64,000 nt of DNA from Auanema rhodensis. Its lineage: Eukaryota; Animalia; Nematoda. The DNA lies in contig OZ059898.1 of assembly GCA_964057225.1 (NCBI GenBank), positions 14,818,001 to 14,882,000 on the forward strand, given 5' to 3'. Below, one piece after another: positions 45,201 through 53,500 of the stretch; positions within the stretch are counted from its first letter, which is position 1, and every line of letters begins with the position of its first letter. The notes below the pieces were generated by a model. It searched no databases. It had not been told where the DNA came from and saw only the letters and a list, made by a program, of their open reading frames with translations. Made by a program: the position numbers and the translations under genes.

Positions 45201-48135
45201 CCATGGACCACATTTTTGTGAGATCAACATCGTCATGTATTTTTGTTGTGCATGTGATTACATTATCCGCGTATGTGGGGTTGTTGTTATCTAAGTCATA
45301 CCTTCCCGATAACGTATATCCAAAGAAAGTGGGGTGAGCGACTAGATTGCAATCTGGCAATTGCATAATTGGTTCATCATAGATGGTACTCGCATGGACT
45401 TCAGCAATGCCCAAGATGATATCAATCTCTATAGGATCATTCAATTTGCGAGATAAGTAGCCAATGTTCTGGCGTATAAAACGCTGATCGGCATTTGTCA
45501 GTCTTAATGGTTGTATGGCTGAAAGAACCTTATCCATTATAACGCATGGGGCAGATATGCACGCTCCATCGTTATTGTAGAGATCGAGCATAATAGCTTG
45601 CGTGTCTTTAAGAAGAAATTGTTCCCCCGCGGTTTCCATTCTCATTCGTACATCTTCATCGAATGGTAATCCCAAGCGGTTGATCAACTCTCTACGTACG
45701 ATAGCTACTTGTGAACCCGAATCCAACAAGGCGTATACATGATGTGGATTATCGTGGCAATCAAATACTGTCACACTGACTACTCCAACGTGGTTTCTTC
45801 TGAATTCAAAGGCCTTGTCATTGACTGGTCCTGATGTATTTGAAATGTGGTCGTAAGGGTAAGCGAGTGCAGTAGCAGTCGAGATATGTTGGCGTGGGGA
45901 GTGAGCTCTGTATTGTTTTCGTTGTGGGTAAGGTGATCTGCTCCGTGAATATGAGGGTGATTTGCTTCTCGATGAGTGTCTCATAGACGCACTGCGGTCT
46001 TTTCTGTTGTTTTCGTTGTTCCGATGAGGTGATCTTTTTGTATTAGCCTCAAAACTTCTGTACGTTTGTGGTGGATGCCGATTCATTCTATCCTTCGAGT
46101 GAGTTCTAGTCCTACTATTACTCCGGGATTGAGAATCGCGTTGACACAGAGACTCATGATGTGTTTTGTCACAGCGGTGACAATTCGGTGCGTGACATCC
46201 AATGGCTGAGTGTGTCTTCGAAAAACATTTGAAGCATAGCTGTTTGGATACAGCTATCTTCTTCCTTTCTTCTACCGATTGAATAGAATAACATTTGGTG
46301 GGAGAATGATTGCCAAGACAGAGATTGCATTTCTGGTTATTGAACTGTTCTCGCCGACTAGTGTGTAGTTGTCCTGCTGCAATATGAACAGTATTGCTAT
46401 TTCTCTGACTCATTGCATTTTTATCGGCTTCTTCAAGCTGCAATGCTTTTGCGGCTTCCGTGATGTATTCAATGATTGACGTAATTGTAGTATGTTGTTT
46501 CGATTTGTATATGCTGTTATAGATGTGTCGAGGTAATTTTGAGAAGAGTATGACGCGAAGCCCTGTGTGATCTACATTAGGACTGTATCGTATCCTCATC
46601 GATATGATTTGATCAGCTTTGCGGATCGTATGTAGTATCGAAGCACTATTGTCTAGTGCTGCCGGTAAGGCTCTCAGTGAATCGTATAGTTTAGAGTCTA
46701 ACATAGAGGGGTTCATGTACTCTTCCATGAGGATGGTCTTTGCCTTACTGTAACTCTCACCAATGCGTGGCAAGCACAGTAAACATTCTTCAGCTGGACC
46801 AGAAAGTCTGTCGAGCAAAATGGAAAACTTTTCAATCTCTGACAAGGGTTGAACATCAATAACTGCTGTGAACAACTCCCAAAATCCAAGAAAGTCTTCT
46901 GGATTACCGTTGAAATGTGGTACTTTAACTGTTGGAAGACGAGGCGTGAGTATTGATGTTTGTACAGTAGGTGGGATCGAAGATTGTCGTGCTATGTTCT
47001 GTTGCATAGTTGACCAATGATCGGGAACATTGTTTGTATGTTGTTCGACTGTAATTGGTCGAGAATCGTAGTGCGCGTGTCTCAATGGTGAGAGAGCTTT
47101 CCGCTTATTAGCTGCTCCAAGTGGGGTTCCAACATTGTCAGCATCAGCTCTAGCTCTTTCCAAGCTATGAGAACCAGTACTCAGATTGTTAAAAGAATGA
47201 ACAAGATCATTTTCTGATATCGGCATTAGGTCATCGTTCAAAAGAGTGGAGTTACTGTTTGGTTCAAGCATTGAAATATCGTGCTGAGGAGATGCGATCA
47301 TAACGTCACTATTGTTTGCTCGAGTAGTGTACACTCGTTTTTGAGTAGGTTGTCTTTGTGTGGAACCGATTTCATCAGAACTTGTGCTTTGTGTTCTGTG
47401 TCGTCGTGTTCTATCTGGTGTGATGTTCAAATGTTTTTGTATTCCAGAAAAGAAACTCATCTCTAAATTTTTTCTGGAGTATTTCATTCTGTTCATGTCA
47501 TTTTGCAATGTTGTTGAGTCATGTACTGTAGAGTCAAATGAACTCTGATAGTCATCGAGTTCATCTCGGCGAAGTTGGATAAGTTGAGTATATTCCTCAA
47601 CTTCGCCTGTGTTCACCATGAGATCTCTCTCATCACAATAGTCCAAAATGCCCTTGATCAGTTTTGCAACTGTGGGCGGATGTTCTTCGCCAATGTCTTT
47701 GGTGACAAGTTGGTCGATTTCATGAGATTTCATGGTCTTATGGGCTTGAGGGTGTTTGGCCAACATCCTTTTATAGCTACCTTGGTATAATTCCAACCAA
47801 GTTGCTGGGTAGTCCACATGGGTGCGTTCCTCGAGCATCACTCGATGTTCGTCTAACTGATCTCGAAGTGATCGGAAGACGTCCCCAACCGGGATGGCTT
47901 TATAATATATACGCATCAAGCTAGGCTTGTGCGTATGTATAAACTCTCGACATCTGTCGATGTCATCAACCGGGGGAAAGATGAATGCTTGATGGTACGG
48001 GAGGATGTCCTCCTTCACCGTGTTGAACAACTTCAACGCGTGAGTTATATTTCTTTTTAAACAACTTAACTGTCTTGCTAAGGCAGTCAGGTTACGAGTT
48101 TCCTTTTCCGATGGAGAAGAGGGACTCATAATCAT
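39259..48135 (-). CDS. BEL/Pao Gag-Pol-Env polyprotein (2958 aa)
   Basis: Gag LPTVKVPHFNG...FWELF (DUF1759-like) plus 3 Zn knuckles and an RS-rich tract. Protease ALLDSGSQ. RT RIVLDAS, SDVEKAF, RVPFGVNASPF, LYVDN. RNase H FVDAS, TIPRLEL, FSDS, NPADHATRG. Integrase HHCC, GIDLAGP, SDNGSNF, GGFYERMVG, FWQRWHNEY. Cys-rich envelope with transmembrane segments. Confidence 0.97.
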   Translation of the reverse strand: MIMSPSSPSEKETRNLTALARQLSCLKRNITHALKLFNTVKEDILPYHQAFIFPPVDDIDRCREFIHTHKPSLMRIYYKAIPVGDVFRSLRDQLDEHRVMLEERTHVDYPATWLELYQGSYKRMLAKHPQAHKTMKSHEIDQLVTKDIGEEHPPTVAKLIKGILDYCDERDLMVNTGEVEEYTQLIQLRRDELDDYQSSFDSTVHDSTTLQNDMNRMKYSRKNLEMSFFSGIQKHLNITPDRTRRHRTQSTSSDEIGSTQRQPTQKRVYTTRANNSDVMIASPQHDISMLEPNSNSTLLNDDLMPISENDLVHSFNNLSTGSHSLERARADADNVGTPLGAANKRKALSPLRHAHYDSRPITVEQHTNNVPDHWSTMQQNIARQSSIPPTVQTSILTPRLPTVKVPHFNGNPEDFLGFWELFTAVIDVQPLSEIEKFSILLDRLSGPAEECLLCLPRIGESYSKAKTILMEEYMNPSMLDSKLYDSLRALPAALDNSASILHTIRKADQIISMRIRYSPNVDHTGLRVILFSKLPRHIYNSIYKSKQHTTITSIIEYITEAAKALQLEEADKNAMSQRNSNTVHIAAGQLHTSRREQFNNQKCNLCLGNHSPTKCYSIQSVEERKKIAVSKQLCFKCFSKTHSAIGCHAPNCHRCDKTHHESLCQRDSQSRSNSRTRTHSKDRMNRHPPQTYRSFEANTKRSPHRNNENNRKDRSASMRHSSRSKSPSYSRSRSPYPQRKQYRAHSPRQHISTATALAYPYDHISNTSGPVNDKAFEFRRNHVGVVSVTVFDCHDNPHHVYALLDSGSQVAIVRRELINRLGLPFDEDVRMRMETAGEQFLLKDTQAIMLDLYNNDGACISAPCVIMDKVLSAIQPLRLTNADQRFIRQNIGYLSRKLNDPIEIDIILGIAEVHASTIYDEPIMQLPDCNLVAHPTFFGYTLSGRYDLDNNNPTYADNVITCTTKIHDDVDLTKMWSMESIGIRDNISIEAEQQGVLSQFNEQVRKTWEGVHVSFPWKENKHALADNYSIALARLRQQFNHAKSNPEMWAKYNEIFQQQLKSNIIEDAPIHPDSSPTYYIPHQAVVKLSSNTTKVRIVLDASSHRRGELSLNDVIHQGPTILPNLTGLLLRSRFGKYMIISDVEKAFHMVHLNNTEKDATRFLWLHDLTLPPEQDNIRVFRFNRVPFGVNASPFLLAGAIQFGLKSHSDTQLTSCIIDNLYVDNLILTFDETSQGVMLYTQCKSAFNDMKMNLREFCTNDKNTMKSIPKHDKAEKVLQKVLGIYWDSHLDTFSLALQMDYTGDSITKRLVLSTAHKTFDPVGWLSPLILLSRHFLQKLWTLGYAWDEPISPDLQREWKQICSSVHGYRYQVPRNIRNDHVNELCIFVDASTIGYGAVGYLRTLDQESHVTGVHFLMAKQRLAPQNKSKSQKTDKNKKQPLTIPRLELLSFFIGCHIIEFLLQESKLNISIVRIFSDSEISLAWVCKPNPDAGIFVDNRVRSCRVIIDKVKDSYNFFIYHVDTDHNPADHATRGLTRENIDKSTWFTGPKFLQTHDKEWEMTRPYTYVEDDSQVLIASTSITTFVDDPSIFRYQSSRLTCLIRTTAYVLRFIQLLQQRRLHRINNDNEIALNPSTISAEEYKEAERVTYIDVQSTVDIEDKRWKHLGLYHDELGVIRCKGRLEHMEAEEDCIHPIFIPDNHPFASIMIRDMHTKLFHAGGNHLRSEIRRRFWLPRLPRKVQNILKQCAVCKKLHGRPFKYPNMSSLPPERVQRSNPFQNCGIDLAGPFNIHDDTRHITEKRWIMLVTCMATRAIHLEVVQDLSASETLLALRRFISRRGSPDLIWSDNGSNFTLCQKIFALIQDPNVDTYLTHHKVTWKFITPLAPWKGGFYERMVGIMKSALRTSLTTSCKAHMFSTIVTEVEQIVNTRPLTYTFNTTTDLSPIRPIDFLQTNTSVTIPDIVLSELPTHLRSRRDCIDRLNNIQKTLDKFWQRWHNEYVVALRATHMLDHKQGHFSTATPKVGTVVLMSDDNTKRNQWKMGLITSIQNTESVRVAEVRTSDGHKLFRPINRLIPLEIPSDNEHHTENRHTQSPHKSDKTVTFKETPEVILLDNEVSSTVVETSTSTGPNTTENVIDPNVITINDDDDIDVITIADDEGENKPQPRKRRRLPSYTHFFIAMILGILVNPMSATNICQFSCIKGGVGISNCGTGHPIRVCARETCVEYNPNTPNFTIVFPAHVVLHDHTFISRHIIDKNDTFALHQLDCPATPFCDMIQCLFCLELLHNPSCFPYAALSATALIIWLILFSILLSIIVIRICSKKFFHIAQYTLFSVWRMITQCLPSHIRSHISIQEERSVLEYVPLSSHKLPRWQKSTPSQRSRQRDRLVHRVGYLFVAIIVIFLIESLVVNACTIVPPSISHVPGNSVSNLSPTHQVNQVSSSTTLHTYDNEVCFTTSHSNRSYANPLTNSHLRIKLMYTRILCTKVSLFFTRHTIVKTESAKRCPHMGSCVGSFCANVRPNTSISELSLANQYPGTSYCSESCGFLSCGCALPTSGCLFYRNFHVPNDNITHEVFYCSRWTPRVFLQITIHTAIENKTETISHVPFLPHSTKIINGYHITLGRITYSDNEILHRRYITSNSRIAVLPHSATFSYSCGKVKTADPFSECTATDTCSCRPAETVENCYCQDNNPNKLYTNNYTLPLSLPSLTMIPKNNLIFAHPISAVDIKMWTNISDVTYEYDNSPTICELKSKDLVGCFDCVTGATTIITCISTSSHIRISCDDEELLLTCNSQGYNNSIRIQSNFSTPSITCTHPCTSATLHLKGNLYYVNEYIGFEQSTHQITNSSFRLLNVEFTIPSFFVPTHLISSLVSFYSDYLKTIVILLSVLITVLGFVTAVIDRVFQLSSTPALLAYLPIQILIIFAIPFRIIFFTIHLLFKIVVRASHSAVAKGTHSQ
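39262..41620 (-). other. Env region of the polyprotein: Gn-like and Gc-like (phlebovirus G2, class II fusion) glycoproteins
   Basis: Signal-like FFIAMILGILVNPMSA, Cys-rich ectodomain, TM ALIIWLILFSILLSIIVI, second signal YLFVAIIVIFLIESLVVNA|C. KRCPHMGSC and CSESCGFLSCGCALPTSGCLFYR match the phlebovirus Gc fusion-loop pattern. C-terminal TM helices. Confidence 0.88.
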
Positions 48136-50556
48136 TTTGTTTAAAAAGAAATATTAATGTTCAAATTAATTTTGTGTTTAATCTAGCTAATTTGTTGATT
48201 GATTATTGAAAATCAACTGAAATAAAGTCCGAATATAATAGCTGTCGATAGAAGGAATAACAATATATAATATAAATAGGAGAAAAAAATGCGAAGATAA
48301 GAAAAGATATGCAAGTAATATAAGCAAATAAGATAAGCAAAATAGTTCACTATTAGAAGGTACAATGAATATTTAGTTGAATATTTGTTAACAGTTTTTT
48401 CTTTGGAGAGTTATACTGTTAGTTTTTTCGTGTAGTTGTTACTGTTTCGTTAAATTACGTGTGTGGAATCTTTTGTAAAAAAGTGTATGTTTTATCTTTT
48501 GAATATATATATATATTTTTTTTTTGTTAGTTAAGTTAGTATATTTTTAAATTTTTTAAAAATGGAGATTGTTCAGGCAAAGATAATTCAATAAGTTTCT
48601 TTCTCTGGTTAAAAAAAAGAAAAATTGGATGATTCACTAGATGAGAAAACAATTTAAGTTGAGAGATTACTGTAGGAAATAGAGAGAAAAAATTGAGTTT
48701 CCCAAAATCGATCAAAAATTGTGAGCAAACTAGCTTTGATGAATTCAGTAAAGTTTTCTGAGTAATTTGATACTAAATATGCTGTTGTTTTTTATCAAAA
48801 AATATAATATCAATATTAATATTAATTGGTTGAAATATAATAAGGATATCCAAAAAGTATTCAAAATATTATTGTTTGATTGATCAGAAAGTATGTGTAT
48901 GAAAAGGATGATTAATTTGAGACAAAAGATTTATTTCTGGACAGATGAACAAAGGAAATTGTATGAGATAACAGATGTGAATGAAATATAAACAATATAA
49001 AATGTGAAATAATAAAATTAAAATAAAACAAATTGAAATTATAAAATAACTTACCAACTTAATGTAAATATATAATTGATACCAGAGAGTATCAATTCAA
49101 ATTCAATAAGCGGTTAAAGTGTTAATGCGAACAAATGAAAACTAACTTGATTCTCCTTGAGGATCCTTGATGTCGATTGTCCTTGTATGGTGAATAGGTT
49201 AGCAGATGGCGTCGGGTGCTGTGGCTGGTTGTAGCGGCGGAATGAATGACCTGTCTGGCAGCTAGGCCGTGTGGGATGTTAAGAGGGAGGAGCTAATCTG
49301 CAAAAAGTATATGTAAGATTATTAAATGAGATAATTTAATGGATTTGAAACAAAACGAGTGGGTTAACTTCTCATAACATTTTAAAATGTTTTGATATTC
49401 CATGTCATTCGATGATGACCTAGATAATGTGTGAGAGATGTTTGCGTGGTGCTAATGGCGCCGCACCAGGTCAATGAACAGATGGCAACATCTTTTGTCT
49501 TTTTTCGCGTATCTTGTCAACATATTTGCTAAAATCGACTTTTTGGTGCAAAATGTTGGAAATATCGCATTTAACCTTTGCTGAGATTTATATTTTATGC
49601 TTTAACATGCGTAGGATGATAATTCGTAGCTCTTTCGTGTCTTATCATTATCTCATCTATGTAGGATGGGATATTATGATGTTTTGTGATTTTTCACAGA
49701 AATTTTCATCTGCGTAAGATTTTAACAATATAGTTAATGTATTTTGTCCTATAGAACGTGGGTGATGATCTTATATAAGATAAAATATATAAATTTTATG
49801 AATTTCATGATTTGGACTCTGACCTTTCTCATTGACCCGTTGGTCGTTACATATGACTCATATGGTTGGAAACAATAGATTTACAGACAATGGATGAATG
49901 AAGAAATTTAAAAACTATAAAACAAGCCGTAAATAGTAAAAACTCGGAACTCTTTCGCATTTTTTTTATATAAACAACACCTACCGAGAGTGCAAGGGTA
50001 CCAAACAAACATCAACAAGTAGGTCAACAGACGTTCCTTGTTGATAGGCTCCTTCCACACATGTTCACAAATAATCGTTGATCTCTAAGATACTGACTCC
50101 TTTACAGATGAGGAAACAGACAGCATTACTCATATAGCAAGGAGACATTGGTCTAAGATGCCTTTTAGTCACCTATTCAATTGATTCACAATTGTTAAAA
50201 TAACTTTTGCACTCGAAGTCTATCAAAACTGTTTACAATGATTATTGAAAGTCACGTAAAATATAAAAGATATAAAAAGGTCTCAAAATCAAAGAATAAA
50301 TGAATAAATAGCGTGTTTAGACGGTAGCTCTGCTATTGCGTAATTCATATCATTGTTTCTCACTGTCCTCAGTCAGTAGAAATAGGATCGCCATAAAATG
50401 TGTTTGCTGGTACTTTGTCTGCATTTTTCTCGTACTCTCGCATATTCTTCCTAGGAAAATACTGTGAAACATAATAAGGGGTGATCAATCCCAGCTGAGT
50501 CACTGCCGGCAAGTTAAAGGAAGTAGCCATTGGGTAATCCAATAGAGTTTATATAG

Positions 50557-50564
50557 CGAACGCA
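50557..50564 (-). other. Remnant of a PBS complementary to tRNA-Gly(UCC)
   Basis: Minus strand TGCGTTCG lies at the exact end of the element. From recall, nematode tRNA-Gly(UCC) ends ...CGAACGCA-CCA, so the full PBS would be TGG-TGCGTTCG with the TGG lost. Confidence 0.55.
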
Positions 50565-50565
50565 G

Positions 50566-53500
50566 AAAAGCAGAAAAGAGATTTAGAAGAGAGCTGAATT
50601 CAAAATATGGAAATTGAGAAGAGAAGATGCCAAAAGATGGCTTCCCATGCCGGGAATCGAACCCGGGCCGCGTGGGTGAAAACCACGAATCCTAACCACT
50701 AGACCACATGGGACACGTTAACTGTTCTTATGATACTACTTCTTCTATCATTTACCTCGAGGAAGTGAGTAAGCAACAAGGGAAGTAACAACGATGAATC
50801 GGCCCCGTATTAACTTCTCACAAAACGATTAAATGCAGAAAAGAGATTTAGAAGAGAGCTGAATTCAAAATATGGAAATTGAGAAGAGAAGATGCCAAAA
50901 GATGGCTTCCCATGCCGGGAATCGAACCCGGGCCGCGTGGGTGAAAACCACGAATCCTAACCACTAGACCACATGGGACACTTTAACTGTTCTTATGATA
51001 CTACTTCTTCTATCATTTACCTCAAGGAAGTGAGTAAGCAACAAGGGAAGTAACAACGATGAATCGGCCCCGTATTAACTTCTAACAAAACGATTAAAAG
51101 CAGAAAAGAGATTTAGAAGAGAGTTGATTTCAAAATATGGAAATTCAGAAGAGAAGATGCCAAAAGATGGCTTCCCATGCCGGGAATCGAACCCGGGCCG
51201 CGTGGGTGAAAACCACGAATCCTAACCACTAGACCACATTGGACACGTTAACTGTTCTTATGATACTACTTCTTCTATCATTTATCTCGAGGAAGTGAGT
51301 AAGCAACAAGGGAAGTAACAACGATGAATCGGCCCCGTATTAACTTCTAACAAAACGATTAAAAGCAGAAAAGAGATTTAGAAGAGAGTTGATTTCAAAA
51401 TATGGAAATTCAGAAGAGAAGATGCCAAAAGATGGCTTCCCATGCCGGGAATCGAACCCGGGCCGCGTGGGTGAAAACCACGAATCCTAACCACTAGACC
51501 ACATGGGACACGTTAACTGTTCTAATGATACTACTTCTTCTATCATTTACCTGAAGGAAGTGAGTAAACAACAAGGGAAGTAACAACGATGAATCGGCCC
51601 CGTATTAACTTCTAACAAAACGATTAAAAGCAGAAAAGAGATTTAGAAGAGAGCTGAATTCAAAATATGGAAATTGAGAAGAGAAGATGCCAAAAGATGG
51701 CTTCCCATGCCGGGAATCGAACCCGGGCCGCGTGGGTGAAAACCACGAATCCTAACCACTAGACCACATGGGACACGTTAACTGTTCTTATGATACTACT
51801 TCTTCTATCATTTACCTCGAGGAAGTGAGTAAGCAACAAGGGAAGTAACAACGATGAATCGGCCCCGTATTAACTTCTAACAAAACGATTAAATGCAGAA
51901 AAGAGATTTAGAAGAGAGCTGAATTCAAAATATGGAAATTGAGAAGAGAAGATGCCAAAAGATGGCTTCCCATGCCGGGAATCGAACCCGGGCCGCGTGG
52001 GTGAAAACCACGAATCCTAACCACTAGACCACATGGGACACGTTAACTGTTCTTATGATACTACTTCTTCTATCATTTACCTCGAGGAAGTGAGTAAGCA
52101 ACAAGGGAAGTAACAACGATGAATCGGCCCCGTATTAACTTCTAACAAAAAGATTAAATGCAGAAAAGAGATTTAGAAGAGAGCTGAATTCAAAATATGG
52201 AAATTCAGAAGAGAAGATGCCAAAAGATGACTTCCCATGCCGGGAATCGAACCCGGGCCGCGTGGGTGAAAACCACGAATCCTAACCACTAGACCACATG
52301 GGACACGTTAACTGTTCTTATGATACTACTTCTTCTATCATTTACCTCGAGGAAGTGAGTAAGCAACAAGGGAAGTAACAACGATGAATCGGCCCCGTAT
52401 TAACTTCTAACAAAACGATTAAATGCAGAAAAGAGATTTAGAAGAGAGCTGAATTCAAAATATGGAAATTGAGAAGAGAAGATGCCAAAAGATGGCTTCC
52501 CATGCCGGGAATCGAACCCGGGCCGCGTGGGTGAAAACCACGAATCCTAACCACTAGACCACATGGGACACGTTAACTGTTCTTATGATACTACTTCTTC
52601 TATCATTTACCTCGAGGAAGTGAGTAAGCAACAAGGGAAGTAACAACGATGAATCGGCCCCGTATTAACTTCTAACAAAAAGATTAAATGCAGAAAAGAG
52701 ATTTAGAAGAGAGCTGAATTCAAAATATGGAAATTCAGAAGAGAAGATGCCAAAAGATGACTTCCCATGCCGGGAATCGAACCCGGGCCGCGTGGGTGAA
52801 AACCACGAATCCTAACCACTAGACCACATGGGACACGTTAACTGTTCTTATGATACTACTTCTTCTATCATTTACCTCGAGGAAGTGAGTAAGCAACAAG
52901 GGAAGTAACAACGATGAATCGGCCCCGTATTAACTTCTAACAAAAAGATTAAATGCAGAAAAGAGATTTAGAAGAGAGCTGAATTCAAAATATGGAAATT
53001 CAGAAGAGAAGATGCCAAAAGATGACTTCCCATGCCGGGAATCGAACCCGGGCCGCGTGGGTGAAAACCACGAATCCTAACCACTAGACCACATGGGACA
53101 CGTTAACTGTTCTTATGATACTACTTCTTCTATCATTTACCTCGAGGAAGTGAGTAAGCAACAAGGGAAGTAACAACGATGAATCGGCCCCGTATTAACT
53201 TCTAACAAAAAGATTAAATGCAGAAAAGAGATTTAGAAGAGAGCTGAATTCAAAATATGGAAATTCAGAAGAGAAGATGCCAAAAGATGGCTTCCCATGC
53301 CGGGAATCGAACCCGGGCCGCGTGGGTGAAAACCACGAATCCTAACCACTAGACCACATGGGACACGTTAACTGTTCTTATGATACTACTTCTTCTATCA
53401 TTTATCTCGAGGAAGTGAGTAAGCAACAAGGGAAGTAACAACGATGAATCGGCCCCGTATTAACTTCTAACAAAAAGATTAAATGCAGAAAAGAGATTTA

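Larger units (their letters stand above)
38252..50564 (-). mobile_element. BEL/Pao (Belpaoviridae) LTR retroelement with phlebovirus-like env, 5' LTR missing
   Basis: Single Gag-PR-RT-RH-IN-Env ORF. LTR-like TGT terminus at 38252. GGGGGGAGG purine tract near 39128-39136. Non-array sequence ends at about 50564 with no second LTR and no TSD. Confidence 0.93.

Noticed and set aside
40005-47790. Numerous 60-95-aa ORFs overlapping the polyprotein
   Set aside because: Expected shadow ORFs of a long coding region, with no domains.
49443-49500. Element-encoded tRNA-like gene (GTGGTGCTAATGG resembles an A box)
   Set aside because: No B box or cloverleaf follows.
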